Assembly (NCBI GenBank): GCA_965213625.1 | Contig: CBDBZU010000004.1 | Span: 1,792,001-1,856,000 of the forward strand | DNA: 64,000 bases | Reading direction: 5' to 3' | Source: a bacterium | Lineage (GTDB): Bacteria; UBA8248 | Shown: positions 48,001 through 58,035 of the stretch, piece after piece | How the letters are laid out: each line of letters opens with the position of its first letter | How positions within the stretch are numbered: the stretch's first letter is position 1 | Notes under the pieces: model-generated | Told to the model about the DNA's origin: nothing | Seen by the model: only the letters and a program-made list of their open reading frames with translations | The model's database searches: none | Position numbers and translations under genes: made by a program

Positions 48001-48486
48001 TTAGAAGAGCCAGTCCTGGGGCAGGGGCACCTTGAGGATGTGGTGAAAGACGTAGTTCACCACCAGGGCGAAGATGACGACGTAGGGGATGATGACTTTC
48101 CAGGAGCGGATTCCGCTCCACCAGATGGAGACGGCAAGAAAGGCGACGACAGCGGCGGAAAAGCCGACATACTGCATCAGGAGCGCCAGGCCCACCAGCA
48201 TGAGACAGAGGATCAGGGCGTCGAAAACGCCCTTTCGCTCAATGGCGACGTGCGCTTTATCCTGCGCTTTACCGAGGTAGTCCGTCCCGATATCGACCAG
48301 CGTGAGGACGACCAGCAGCGCCGCCCATACCCAGGGGACAAAAGAAGGCCCCAGGGGACCTTCTGCTCCAGGCCCCTGGGGCAACTCCAGAATAATCGAA
48401 CCATACCAGATGCAAAAAACCACCAGAAGGATCGGAACGGCGAAGCGTCCGACGTTGCTTTTGATTTTTTTGCTCTCCTCCGCCAT
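48001..48486 (-). CDS. tctB: Tripartite tricarboxylate transporter small subunit
   Basis: 4-5 TM, LGPSFVP, VF..ILKVPLP. Confidence 0.85.
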   Translation of the reverse strand: MAEESKKIKSNVGRFAVPILLVVFCIWYGSIILELPQGPGAEGPLGPSFVPWVWAALLVVLTLVDIGTDYLGKAQDKAHVAIERKGVFDALILCLMLVGLALLMQYVGFSAAVVAFLAVSIWWSGIRSWKVIIPYVVIFALVVNYVFHHILKVPLPQDWLF

Positions 48487-48533
48487 GAACACCGGATCCC
48501 TTGTGGCTTTCGTCCTCGTTACGATTCAGAAGT

Positions 48534-49496
48534 CTATTTCTTCATCTTCTTTTTCTTGTCCAGACCCAGCGAAACGACGACCTCCTTGATCAGGGCGTTC
48601 TGCTTGGCCACGAAGGCCGGGAATTTGTCCGGACCCATGTAGGAGACCAGGAAACCTCGCTTCTCGGCGGTGGCCAGGACTTTCGGGTCCTTGGCGGCAA
48701 CCTCGAAGGCCTTGTGGAGCGCTTGAACCGCTTCTTTGGGCGTTCCCTTGGGAACGTGCAGCCCACGGAACTGGTAGAAACCAACATCCCAGCCATGCTC
48801 GCTGAACAGGGGAACCTTGGGGTACGCCGGGTGACGTTTCGGGAAGGAAACGGCCAGCATGCGGACTTTGCCCGCCTTGTGAAGGGCCAGGACCTCGGGC
48901 GGATGGACGGAAATCGCGTCGACCTCGCCGCCCAGCAGGCTGGGCACGCGGCGCTTGCCCAAGGGGATGTGACGGAACTTGAATCCCGCCTTTTGGGCGA
49001 GTGCGGATGCCGTGAGGCGCGTGAAGCTGCCGGCTCCGGCGCTTCCGATCTTGAGCGTTTTCGATTTGGCCGCCTTCACGAGCTCAGGCAGCGATTTATA
49101 CGGGGAATCGGCCCGGACGACGATGGCGGTTCCCTCGAACACCAGGCGGGAAACGTAATCCCATGCGCGGTAGTCATAGGGCAATTTCCCCATGGTCGTA
49201 CCGGTCAGGATCGAGGCCGAAAGCCAGCCGATCTTGTATCCGGTCGGCGGCGCGGTCTTGACGTAGGCGAAGCCGATAGTCCCGCCCGCTCCCGGGCGGT
49301 TCACGGCGACGATGGGCTGGCCGAATGTTTTCTCGGCCGCTTTCGCCACGGTGCGGCCGGAGATGTCGGCAGCGCCGCCGGGCTTGAAGGTGATGGTCAT
49401 TTCGACGGGCTTCGTCGGATAGGCGGCCGAGGCGGGTGCAACCGATACCGCCGCGACGACGAAGGCGAGTGCGAAAACCAGCAAGAACTTCTTCAT
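48534..49496 (-). CDS. tctC: Tripartite tricarboxylate transporter substrate-binding protein
   Basis: Signal peptide, YPTKPV...FKPGGAADI, NRPGAGG.IG, LLGGEVD, PKGTP. Confidence 0.92.
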   Translation of the reverse strand: MKKFLLVFALAFVVAAVSVAPASAAYPTKPVEMTITFKPGGAADISGRTVAKAAEKTFGQPIVAVNRPGAGGTIGFAYVKTAPPTGYKIGWLSASILTGTTMGKLPYDYRAWDYVSRLVFEGTAIVVRADSPYKSLPELVKAAKSKTLKIGSAGAGSFTRLTASALAQKAGFKFRHIPLGKRRVPSLLGGEVDAISVHPPEVLALHKAGKVRMLAVSFPKRHPAYPKVPLFSEHGWDVGFYQFRGLHVPKGTPKEAVQALHKAFEVAAKDPKVLATAEKRGFLVSYMGPDKFPAFVAKQNALIKEVVVSLGLDKKKKMKK

Positions 49497-49560
49497 GATG
49501 ATTCCTCCTTGTCATTCGTCAAAAGTACGTTGAAAACTCCTTGTAACTAACGGAATCAAC

Positions 49561-51069
49561 CTAATCACGATTCCAGGAATGCCATCTCGAAAGACCGATG
49601 CAGACGCTTTTCACCTCGGTGTATTCGCGCAGCGCCTCCTCGCCATGCTCCCTGCCGATGCCGCTTTTCTTCACGCCGCCGAATGGAATCTCGGAGCCGT
49701 ATCGGTAGGTGTTGATGAACACGTTTCCGCTATCAAGCTCCTGAGCGAGCCGGTGCGCCCGGCGCAGGTCGCTCGTCCAGACGTAACTCGCCAGCCCGAA
49801 GTCCGTCGCGTTGGCGTCCCTGACGGCATCGTCGAGAGAGTCGTATTCGTGAACCGTGAGAACGGGGCCGAAAATCTCATCGCACGCCGCCTTCATTCCC
49901 TGGTTCACGCCCGTGAGCACCGTGGGCTGCATGAAGTTTCCGTCCGGCTGCCCTTCGGGTTTTGCGCGGTCTCCACCGCAGGCGACACTCGCCCCGTCGC
50001 CTAACGCCGATTCGACGTAACCGACGACATCTGCGAGATGTTCGGGAGAGATGAGCGGCCCCATATCCGTCTCTTCATCCATGGCGTCGCCCACGTTTAT
50101 CCCCTCGACGCGCTCTTTAATCTTCTCGACGAACGCATCGTGGATGGATGGCGGGAGGAACAGGCGGGTTCCGGCGAAGCATACCTCGCCCTGGCGGGCG
50201 AACACCTGGCTCATGACGCCGTCGGCGGCCTCATCCAGGTCGGCGTCTTCACAAACGATGATGGGGCCTTTGCCGCCCAACTCCGCCAGCACAGGGGTCA
50301 CGTTCGCGGCGGCGAGTCCCAGCACTTCCAGACCGCCCTCCGTACCGCCGGTGAAGACGATTTTTCTGATGTCGGGATGGCCCACGAGCTTGGCGCCCGT
50401 CGAACGCCCCGAGCCCGCGACGATGTTGATCACCCCCGGCGGGAACCCGGCTTCTTCGACCAGTTTACCGAAATAGAGCACCGACGCCAGGGCGACGGCG
50501 GAGGGCTTGATGACCACCGTGTTGCCGCAGGCCAGAGCGGCGGCCAGACCCCGGGACATGAGCTTGAGCGGGGTGTTCCAGGGAACGATGATGGCCACGA
50601 CGCCGAGGGGCTCCCTCGTCGAATACATGAGCCGATCGTTCATGAGGGGCAGCGCGCTGCCTTCCACCTTGCCGGCCCACCCGGCGAAATACTCGAAATG
50701 ACGCGCGGAGGAGGCGGATTCCAGGCGGCTCTCCTTGATGGGGATGCCCGTATTGATCGCCTCCAGTCTCGCGAGGGTTTCCGCGTTTTCGCGCATCAGG
50801 CCTGCGAGTTTCGTAATCAATTTTCCGCGGTCGAGCGCGGGCATCTTCTTCCAGGACGGGTCGTGAAACGCCCGCCAGCATGAGGAGACGGCCTCATCGA
50901 CCTGCGCGTCAGACGCCGGGAACAACTGGAAAATCGTCTCGTTGTTCGAGGGATTGAGCACGTCAATCGGCTCGCCGCGCTCGCCTTTGACCCAGTTACC
51001 GTCGATGAATTGCTGCTCCACCTCCTGGGTGAGGGGAAACTCGGTTACCTTCACAAGGCTACCTGACAT
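49561..51069 (-). CDS. Aldehyde dehydrogenase
   Basis: PWN, KPS, FTGG, ELGGK, GEVC, EIFGP, PFGG.K.SG.GRE. Confidence 0.95.
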   Translation of the reverse strand: MSGSLVKVTEFPLTQEVEQQFIDGNWVKGERGEPIDVLNPSNNETIFQLFPASDAQVDEAVSSCWRAFHDPSWKKMPALDRGKLITKLAGLMRENAETLARLEAINTGIPIKESRLESASSARHFEYFAGWAGKVEGSALPLMNDRLMYSTREPLGVVAIIVPWNTPLKLMSRGLAAALACGNTVVIKPSAVALASVLYFGKLVEEAGFPPGVINIVAGSGRSTGAKLVGHPDIRKIVFTGGTEGGLEVLGLAAANVTPVLAELGGKGPIIVCEDADLDEAADGVMSQVFARQGEVCFAGTRLFLPPSIHDAFVEKIKERVEGINVGDAMDEETDMGPLISPEHLADVVGYVESALGDGASVACGGDRAKPEGQPDGNFMQPTVLTGVNQGMKAACDEIFGPVLTVHEYDSLDDAVRDANATDFGLASYVWTSDLRRAHRLAQELDSGNVFINTYRYGSEIPFGGVKKSGIGREHGEEALREYTEVKSVCIGLSRWHSWNRD

Positions 51070-51129
51070 CAAAAACTCCTTTGGTTGAACGAATATATCG
51101 GCCAAGCAGCCCGCAGAGGCGGCCCGGCT

Positions 51130-51819
51130 CTATAGTTTCCCGGCCTCGGGGCCGGACCATTCTTCGTCGCTCAAAACGTCCTTGTGGACCACGTCTTCCT
51201 CGACGGAAGAGACCACGTCCTTGGCGACCTGCTCATACCAGTCGGCCACGTCTTTGGGGTAGTCCGTGTGGCTGGGGAGGTCCTTGATGAGGGGGCCTTC
51301 CACGGAGGGAATGTCGCTTACGCCGTCGAACTCCTGGGAATATACCCGCCCTTTCCGCGCGGCGAATTCCTTGTCGATCGTGGCGTCAAGCTTGAGCCAC
51401 TTGCCGTCGAGATACGCCTCACCCAGCGAGTGCCACGGCAGCTTGCGGTCGCCCCATATCTTGGCGACCTCCTCGTTCATGAATGGCTTGTCGGGGCAAT
51501 GAAGCTGCTGGAAGCCGATGCGCGAGGGGATGCCAGAGGCCCGGCACAGGGCGGCGAACATGCTGGCCTTGCCCATGCAGAACGCCTTGCCGTTGTTGAG
51601 CACGTCGCTCGCCTGGCGTTTTCCCTCCGCGAGGTAGCGGAAAGCGTCGAGAATGTCGTAGGGAAAATCCCGGACGAAATAATAGATATTGCCGAGTTTT
51701 TCCTTCTCGTCCGCGCAGCCGTCGGTGAGTTCTTCGGCTTTCGAGACGATGTCGGGATTGTCCGAATCGATGAATTCGGTGGGTTTCAGGTAATCGGCCA
51801 TTTCCTGGTGTTCGTTCAT
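51130..51819 (-). CDS. Transglutaminase-like protein
   Basis: Cys-His-Asp triad: FCMGKA...CRASGIPSR, WHSLGE, WLKLDAT. Confidence 0.85.
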   Translation of the reverse strand: MNEHQEMADYLKPTEFIDSDNPDIVSKAEELTDGCADEKEKLGNIYYFVRDFPYDILDAFRYLAEGKRQASDVLNNGKAFCMGKASMFAALCRASGIPSRIGFQQLHCPDKPFMNEEVAKIWGDRKLPWHSLGEAYLDGKWLKLDATIDKEFAARKGRVYSQEFDGVSDIPSVEGPLIKDLPSHTDYPKDVADWYEQVAKDVVSSVEEDVVHKDVLSDEEWSGPEAGKL

Positions 51820-51849
51820 TGGAAAATCTCCCTGCTCGATGAGAGGGCC

Positions 51850-52857
51850 TCAGCCCCCGTTCGACAGATTTCTGACCTCGGGAAGAATCTCCTCTCCCGC
51901 GAGGCGAAGCATATCCATTTTGGCGACGTCGGGGATCGTATACAGAAAATGCCTGACGCCCGCGTCAACGTATTCCATCATTCGTTCAACGCATTCCTTT
52001 GGTGCGCCCGCGATTATACCCGTTTGGGGAATGGCGGCAAATCGCTTTTTTTCGGCCTCAATCCGCGCGCGGTCATGGCTCGGCAAAAGCAGGCACATCA
52101 AGGAGCGCCGGAACGCTTCGGGGTCGCGGCCCGCCTCCGCGCAGTTGGCGTCGATCTCGTCTTTCCGTTCGAGATAGCGCTCCGGCGGCCACCAGCGCAC
52201 GTTGAAGCCATCGGCATGCCTCGCCGCGGCGCGAAGGACTTTCTTCCCCTCTCCGCCGATCCAAATCGGGGGCGAGGGCTTCTGCACCGGCGGTGGATCG
52301 CACACCGCGCCTTTTATCGTGTAGTGCTCTCCCTCGAACGTAGGGTTGGGCTCCGTCCATATCTTGCGGATCAGCTGAACCGCCTCTTCCATCTGGGCGA
52401 TGCGGACCGAAGCCCTCGGGAAGGGAATGCCGTACGCCTCGTATTCCTCCTGCATCCAGCCCGCGCCGAGGCCCAGATCGAGCCGCCCGCCGCTTATGTG
52501 ATCGAGCGTCGCGCCCATCTTCGCCAGCACCGAGGGGATGCGGTAGGAGTTACTGAGAACGCTGGTGCCCAGGCGGAGTTTGCTCGTGACCTGGGAGAGG
52601 GCGCTGAGCGCCGTCCAGGTTTCGAGCAGGGGGATGGAGCCCGAGCCGACGCCTTCTGAATCCCCGTCATCTTCAAAGCCGGCGTCTTTGGCGTACGAAC
52701 TCGGGTCGAGCGTCAGGAAGTGGTCGCAGAGCCATACCGAATCGAAATCCAGCCTCTCCGCCTCCTGGGCCACCGATTTCATGTCCTCGAAGTTACCGAC
52801 GGCGAGCCCCCGGATGGTCAGGGCCATGATCAAACCGAATTCAACACGGGGGTTCAT
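51850..52857 (-). CDS. LLM-class (possibly F420-dependent) oxidoreductase
   Basis: FDSVWLCDHF, LGTSV, TLDHISGGRL.LGLGAGW, PVQKP.PPIWIGG.G. Confidence 0.9.
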   Translation of the reverse strand: MNPRVEFGLIMALTIRGLAVGNFEDMKSVAQEAERLDFDSVWLCDHFLTLDPSSYAKDAGFEDDGDSEGVGSGSIPLLETWTALSALSQVTSKLRLGTSVLSNSYRIPSVLAKMGATLDHISGGRLDLGLGAGWMQEEYEAYGIPFPRASVRIAQMEEAVQLIRKIWTEPNPTFEGEHYTIKGAVCDPPPVQKPSPPIWIGGEGKKVLRAAARHADGFNVRWWPPERYLERKDEIDANCAEAGRDPEAFRRSLMCLLLPSHDRARIEAEKKRFAAIPQTGIIAGAPKECVERMMEYVDAGVRHFLYTIPDVAKMDMLRLAGEEILPEVRNLSNGG

Positions 52858-52896
52858 ACAGAATCCTCCTCGTTTCCACTTAAGGAAAAATTAATA

Positions 52897-53598
52897 TCAA
52901 ACGGCCAGATAGCGCGACTTCAGTTCCTCGTCCGCTTCGAGCTCGGCCACCGTGCCACCGAAACGCACCCTGCCGTTGTCGATGATGTAGACGCGATCGG
53001 AGAGCCGGCAGGCGAAGCGGGTGTTCTGCTCCACCAGCAATACGGCGATTCCCTCGTCCCTGAGCGTCCCGATCATCTCGCCCACGTCTTTCACGATGGC
53101 CGGCGCGAGGCCTTCGGAGGGTTCGTCGAGCAGGACGAGCTTTGGCGCCCCCATCAACGCGCGGGCGATGGCCAGCATCTGCTGCTCACCGCCGCTGAGC
53201 TCGTTCCCCTTGTGGGTTTTCAATTGCTCAAGCTTGGGGAAAAGACCATATATTCGCTCAAGTGTCCAGCCGCTTGGCCGCTCCAGCTTGAAAGCGCCGA
53301 TTTCGAGATTCTCCTCCACGCTCAGACGGGAGAATATCCTCCTGTCCTCGGGCACGAAACCAACGCCTTTTCTCGCGATCTCATGCGGCTTCAGGCGCTG
53401 CACTTGCTCGCCCAGCCAGCACACGCTCCCCGCCCGGGGAGGCGTCAACCCCATGATGGAGCGGAGCGTCGTCGTCTTGCCAGCGCCGTTCCTGCCGAGG
53501 AGGCTGACCACCTCCCCCTCGGCGATACTCATATCCACGTCGAAAAGAATGTGGCTGTCCCCATAGAACGTATTGATTTTCTCGACGGTGAGAATCAA
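52897..53598 (-). CDS. livF: Branched-chain amino acid-type ABC ATPase
   Basis: GRNGAGKTT, LSGGEQQM, LDEPSEGL. Confidence 0.9.
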   Translation of the reverse strand: MILTVEKINTFYGDSHILFDVDMSIAEGEVVSLLGRNGAGKTTTLRSIMGLTPPRAGSVCWLGEQVQRLKPHEIARKGVGFVPEDRRIFSRLSVEENLEIGAFKLERPSGWTLERIYGLFPKLEQLKTHKGNELSGGEQQMLAIARALMGAPKLVLLDEPSEGLAPAIVKDVGEMIGTLRDEGIAVLLVEQNTRFACRLSDRVYIIDNGRVRFGGTVAELEADEELKSRYLAV

Positions 53599-54347
53599 AC
53601 CTCTTCCCCCAGGTAGGCGAGGCGAACGAGGTCGTCGTTTCGAATCTCATCCGGCGTTCCCTCTGCGATGATGCTCCCCTGGTGTAAGACGGATATGCGA
53701 TCGGCAATCGAGAAAACCACGCTCATGTCGTGCTCCGTAAAGACGACCGTTTTATCGGCGGATATCTTTTTTACGAGATCGATGGTGCTCGACGTCTCCT
53801 CGATCGACATACCGGCCGTCGGCTCATCGAGCAGGATCAACCGGGGTTCCAAAGCGAGCGTGATGCCGAGTTCCAGGTTTCTTCTCTCCCCGTGGCCGAG
53901 TTCGGTGGTCGGGTGATGCGCCTTGTGGCCGAGTTCCACCTCGCCGAGTATCACGAGAGCCTCGTCCTGCTCTTCTGTGTGCTTCTCGATGGGGGAGAAC
54001 ATATCCAGCGTCTTACCCCGTCTCGCCAGAACGGCGATGCGCACGTTGTCCAGAACCGAGAGCCGGGGAAAAATGTTCGTGATCTGAAAAGAACGGCCCA
54101 CCCCTTTTTTCACCACGGCGTGCGGCGGATACCCGGTAATGTCCTCCCCCTCGAAGAAAACGCCGCCGGAAGTCGGCTCGAGCTTCCCTGAGATCAGGTT
54201 GAAGAAGGTGGTCTTCCCCGCTCCGTTGGGTCCGATGACGGCGCACAACTCTCCTGCCGGAACCTGAAAGTCCACCTCGTTCACCGCCAGAAGCGAACCG
54301 AACGACTTGGTGAGAGCCTTGGTCTCAAGTACGGGGGTCGTCGCCAT
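53595..54347 (-). CDS. livG: Branched-chain amino acid-type ABC ATPase
   Basis: GPNGAGKTT, RSFQ, LLDEPTAG, EHDM, AYLG. Confidence 0.9.
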   Translation of the reverse strand: MATTPVLETKALTKSFGSLLAVNEVDFQVPAGELCAVIGPNGAGKTTFFNLISGKLEPTSGGVFFEGEDITGYPPHAVVKKGVGRSFQITNIFPRLSVLDNVRIAVLARRGKTLDMFSPIEKHTEEQDEALVILGEVELGHKAHHPTTELGHGERRNLELGITLALEPRLILLDEPTAGMSIEETSSTIDLVKKISADKTVVFTEHDMSVVFSIADRISVLHQGSIIAEGTPDEIRNDDLVRLAYLGEEV

Positions 54348-55353
54348 CGTTTCCGCCAATCGATAACTGGTAGGCCCACTCCTCGAAGAATCCCAGGATT
54401 CCGCCGGGGAGGAACAGGACCAGGAGCACCAGAATGCCGCCGACGACGATTCTCCAGTACTCCATGAAGTTCAATACCGTATCCCGGATGAACAGGAGCA
54501 TCCCCGCGCCGAATGCGGGTCCTAAGAAAGAATACATGCCGCCCAGGATCGTCATCAGAACGATCTCGCCCGATTGGGTCCAGTAGAGCAGATCGGGTGA
54601 AATATAGCCCTGAAATGTCGAGTATAGGCCGCCTGCGAAACCGCCTAAGGTCCCGGCGATGATGAATGCGTACAACTTGTACCTGTGCACGGGCAGGCCG
54701 ATGAATTCCACGCGCTCGGGGTTTTCCCGGATGGCCTGCAGCACCCTGCCGAATGGGGAATTGGCGATTTTCCACGCCAAATAAATAAAGGCCGCCACGA
54801 TGATGAGTACGAAATAATAAAAGTTCGTGAACGATTCCAGGGATATGCTGAAGGCGCCCGGAATCCCTATCTCGGGTTTGGGGATGCCGAGCATCCCGTC
54901 GTCCCCGCCGGTGACGTCGCGCCAGTAGTAGGCGACGGTGTAGACGACTTGTGAGAACGCGAGCGTCAGCATGGCGAAATAAAGCCCCGCCAGGCGCACA
55001 CAGAAAACACCCATGAACCAGGCGAGAAGGGCGCAAGACGCGCCCGCCGCAATCAAGCCGGCCCACATGGAGGGATACACGTTCTTCGTCAGCAGGGCGA
55101 AGGCGTAGGCGCCGACGCCCAGATAGACCGCATGTCCGAGGGAGACGAGGCCGGTAAAGCCGATCAAAAAATTCAGGCTGATGGCGAGCAGGCTCGCGAT
55201 GAGAATTTCCGTGCAAAGCTGGATGTAATAATCATTCTGGACGAGGAAAGGCGCGAGAATGGCCAGGGCGAGCAGGACCGTGACGCCGAAGCGGTTGGGA
55301 ATGCGCTCCACGAGGCGGCTCAAGAAATTTTTTCCGCGCGCTATATCATTCAT
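54325..55353 (-). CDS. livM: Branched-chain amino acid-type ABC permease
   Basis: GLVSLGHA, YFAMLTLAF, TGGDDG, SPFGRVLQAIREN. Confidence 0.9.
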   Translation of the reverse strand: MNDIARGKNFLSRLVERIPNRFGVTVLLALAILAPFLVQNDYYIQLCTEILIASLLAISLNFLIGFTGLVSLGHAVYLGVGAYAFALLTKNVYPSMWAGLIAAGASCALLAWFMGVFCVRLAGLYFAMLTLAFSQVVYTVAYYWRDVTGGDDGMLGIPKPEIGIPGAFSISLESFTNFYYFVLIIVAAFIYLAWKIANSPFGRVLQAIRENPERVEFIGLPVHRYKLYAFIIAGTLGGFAGGLYSTFQGYISPDLLYWTQSGEIVLMTILGGMYSFLGPAFGAGMLLFIRDTVLNFMEYWRIVVGGILVLLVLFLPGGILGFFEEWAYQLSIGGNDGDDPRT

Positions 55354-55369
55354 GGGTTTTTCCAAGTCC

Positions 55370-56251
55370 CTAAATCGTCGTTTCGCCGAACAGACCGCGG
55401 GGTCTCAGGATCAGAATTGGCAATACGAGCGCGTAGATGAAAATCATCGCGAAATTCTCGAGAATTTCGATGCCGAACGCCTTGAGCATCCCGATGAGCA
55501 CCGCGCCCACGAACGCGCCCAGATAACTCCCCATCCCCCCGATGATGACGACGATGAAGGATTCGATGATGATCTCCACCCCCATGCCGGGCTCGACGCT
55601 TCTCATGGGCGCGGCCAGGATGCCGCCCAGGCTCGCGAGCCAGGCGCCCAGGGCGAATACGCCGGTGAATACCCGGTTCACGTTGACACCCAGGGCGTCC
55701 AGCATCTCGCTGTCAGTGGCGGCGGCGCGGATGAGTTTCCCGAAATTCGTCCGGTTCAGAATGAACCACAGGAAAACGCCCAACAGCGGGCCGACCGCGA
55801 TGATGAAGAGAAAATACACGGGATAACTGAAATCCCCGATGGTGAGCCGTCCCTCGAACAGCGCGGGGATGGGAACGGACTTGTAATCTCGGCCCCAAAT
55901 CAGCAGAACCAGATCGTCGAGAATGAGGGTGAAGCCATAGGTCAAAAGCAGGGTGTAGAGTCTTTCGCGGCCATAGAGGGGGCGCAGGCAGAACGCTTCG
56001 ATGATGGTCGCGAACCCCGCCACCACGAGGGGCGCCAGAAGCAGGCCCACCCAGAACCAGCTTGGGTTCTTGATGATGGAACTCGAGAAAATCAGAAAAG
56101 CGCCCAGCATATAGAACGAACCATGGGCCAGGTTCAGGACACCCAGCACGCCTAAGAGAATCGTCAGGCCCGATGCGATCAGGAAGAGAACCATCGCGTT
56201 GGCCAACCCGTTCAGAAACTGGGTCAACCAGAAACTGACGTCCAATTCCAT
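55370..56251 (-). CDS. livH: Branched-chain amino acid-type ABC permease
   Basis: LIASGLT..LG...NLAHG, FGKLIRA, GGMGS. Confidence 0.9.
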   Translation of the reverse strand: MELDVSFWLTQFLNGLANAMVLFLIASGLTILLGVLGVLNLAHGSFYMLGAFLIFSSSIIKNPSWFWVGLLLAPLVVAGFATIIEAFCLRPLYGRERLYTLLLTYGFTLILDDLVLLIWGRDYKSVPIPALFEGRLTIGDFSYPVYFLFIIAVGPLLGVFLWFILNRTNFGKLIRAAATDSEMLDALGVNVNRVFTGVFALGAWLASLGGILAAPMRSVEPGMGVEIIIESFIVVIIGGMGSYLGAFVGAVLIGMLKAFGIEILENFAMIFIYALVLPILILRPRGLFGETTI

Positions 56252-56282
56252 GCGCCCGGGCCTCCAGAAATGAGTGAAACGA

Positions 56283-56306
56283 CGCCCCGGAAACTCCCCG
56301 GGGCGC
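56283..56306 (-). terminator. Hairpin between SBP and permease genes
   Basis: CGCCCCGG-AAACTCC-CCGGGGCG. Confidence 0.5.
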
Positions 56307-56327
56307 CTGTGGCTTCACGCGCGATAT

Positions 56328-57548
56328 TTATTTCCGGCAGCCCTGGCCCGTGCTCTCGTCGGGGTGAGAACCCTCGACGGGAGATATCACCTGAATGTTC
56401 GAGAGAACCGGGAATGGGTAATTCTTGCTCTTTGAGATGACGCCCCAGAAGCTGGACTGCCAGCCCTGGTGATCGGAGGGGCGCATGATGATCCATCCCT
56501 CGGGCGAGTTGAAGGCGACGCCGCCCATGGCGTCAATCGCTTTTTCCTTATCCACGGCGCCCGCGCGGCGGATGGACTCCGCAATCACGTGGACGGTCGA
56601 ATACGCCTCGCCGGCAGTCATGTCCGGATAGACGTTGTACGCCTTGCGGAAGTTGTCCACGAAGCGCTTGTTGCCCGCGGAAACCGGATAGTTGTGCAGA
56701 TAGCGCGAACTCGCCCAGTGCCCGAACGGCGCCTGATCCCCAAGCGCTTTGAGCACGACGTGGTTGCCGCCGAAATCGGTGAAAATCTTCACTTTTTCAT
56801 ACATGCCGAAGGAGCGCGCCTGCTTCATGAACTTGATGAGGTCGGCCCCGAACAGGCCGACGAAAATCGCATCCGGCTTCGCCTTCTGCATCTTGTTGAT
56901 GTAGGCGGAATAATCGTTCTCGCCCAGCTTCGGCCATGCCGCATAAGGGCGTTTCGCACCCGGGTCGCGTTCTTTGAGATAGTTCCAGAACTGGCGGACG
57001 ACGGAGCGGCCGTACGAGAAATCGGAAGATATCGTCGCCCACTTCTTCAAACCCAGACGGTGGGCGATGACGGCGCCCGCGCGGGAGGTCTGCTGCGCGC
57101 TGCTCCCTACGCGCCAAGTGTAGCGGCTGCAGAATTTCGTGTTGATCTCCTCGGTCGCCGCCCAGGGGAAATTCATCGTCTTGAGTTTTTTCGATTCCTG
57201 AAGCACGGCGATGGCCGCTCCCCCGTGCAGCGGGCCGAGCAGGGCGAAGACCTTATCGCGCAGAATCAGACGCCTCGCCGTGCGCACCGAACTCGCAGGA
57301 TTTGTTTCCGAGTCGCGGATCAGCGCTTCGAACTTGTGGCCCAGGACGCCGCCCGCGTCGTTGATCTCCTTGACGGCCATGTTGATGCCCTGGCTCGTCC
57401 GTTTTCCCACGATGGAGTAGAGGCCCGTGAGCGGAGAGAGAACGCCTATCTTGATGGTTTTCGCCGCGAACGATGTGGACGCGCTCAATAAGCCAATCGC
57501 CAGGATCATCGCCCCGGCAAATAATGCTTTTTTCCTGAAACCGGACAT
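56328..57548 (-). CDS. ABC substrate-binding protein (LivK-like)
   Basis: Signal peptide, IKIGVLSPLTG, EINDAGGVLG, DFSYG. Confidence 0.9.
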   Translation of the reverse strand: MSGFRKKALFAGAMILAIGLLSASTSFAAKTIKIGVLSPLTGLYSIVGKRTSQGINMAVKEINDAGGVLGHKFEALIRDSETNPASSVRTARRLILRDKVFALLGPLHGGAAIAVLQESKKLKTMNFPWAATEEINTKFCSRYTWRVGSSAQQTSRAGAVIAHRLGLKKWATISSDFSYGRSVVRQFWNYLKERDPGAKRPYAAWPKLGENDYSAYINKMQKAKPDAIFVGLFGADLIKFMKQARSFGMYEKVKIFTDFGGNHVVLKALGDQAPFGHWASSRYLHNYPVSAGNKRFVDNFRKAYNVYPDMTAGEAYSTVHVIAESIRRAGAVDKEKAIDAMGGVAFNSPEGWIIMRPSDHQGWQSSFWGVISKSKNYPFPVLSNIQVISPVEGSHPDESTGQGCRK

Positions 57549-57908
57549 GAGAAGCCCCCCCTTGAAGATGGAAACATACGAATCCGAACGGCCGGAATCA
57601 GACCCCTCCGGGAGCGGAAACCGGACGTCAGAGTAATTTTATTTTCACCGTGAAGGGCAGGTTAGATGAGCCTCGATTCAGGGTCAAGGCCCAAGTTTTT
57701 CGCTTCGGACCATTGTCCATGCGATAGCGGCCGAGACGACGCGCCGCCCGGCTGCGCAGGTGCGCCAATGAATTCGTTTTCGGTTTGACGGCATCTTCGA
57801 AAGGACGGGTTTCGACCGAGATTCGAAACTGGAAATCTACGTTATCATTCCTATCCGATACCGGGGTTTACGGCCGATGAATGCTGTTTGAGCAGTTTTT
57901 AATTTCGA

Positions 57909-58024
57909 TAAATATCGATAAATTCACGGGGTTATTCGATAAATTTCCATAAATTTTCGAGGGGAATTGCGGGGATTTGCGGGGAAATGCGGGTGCGGAA
58001 TGCGGGCAAATGCGGGCAAATGCG
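57909..58024. repeat. 37-bp AT-rich block followed by ~10-bp-period TGCGG array
   Basis: Block matches 12901-12937; TGCG at 57968, 57978, 57988, 57994, 58001, 58011, 58021. Confidence 0.85.
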
Positions 58025-58035
58025 CGTGATGGAGA

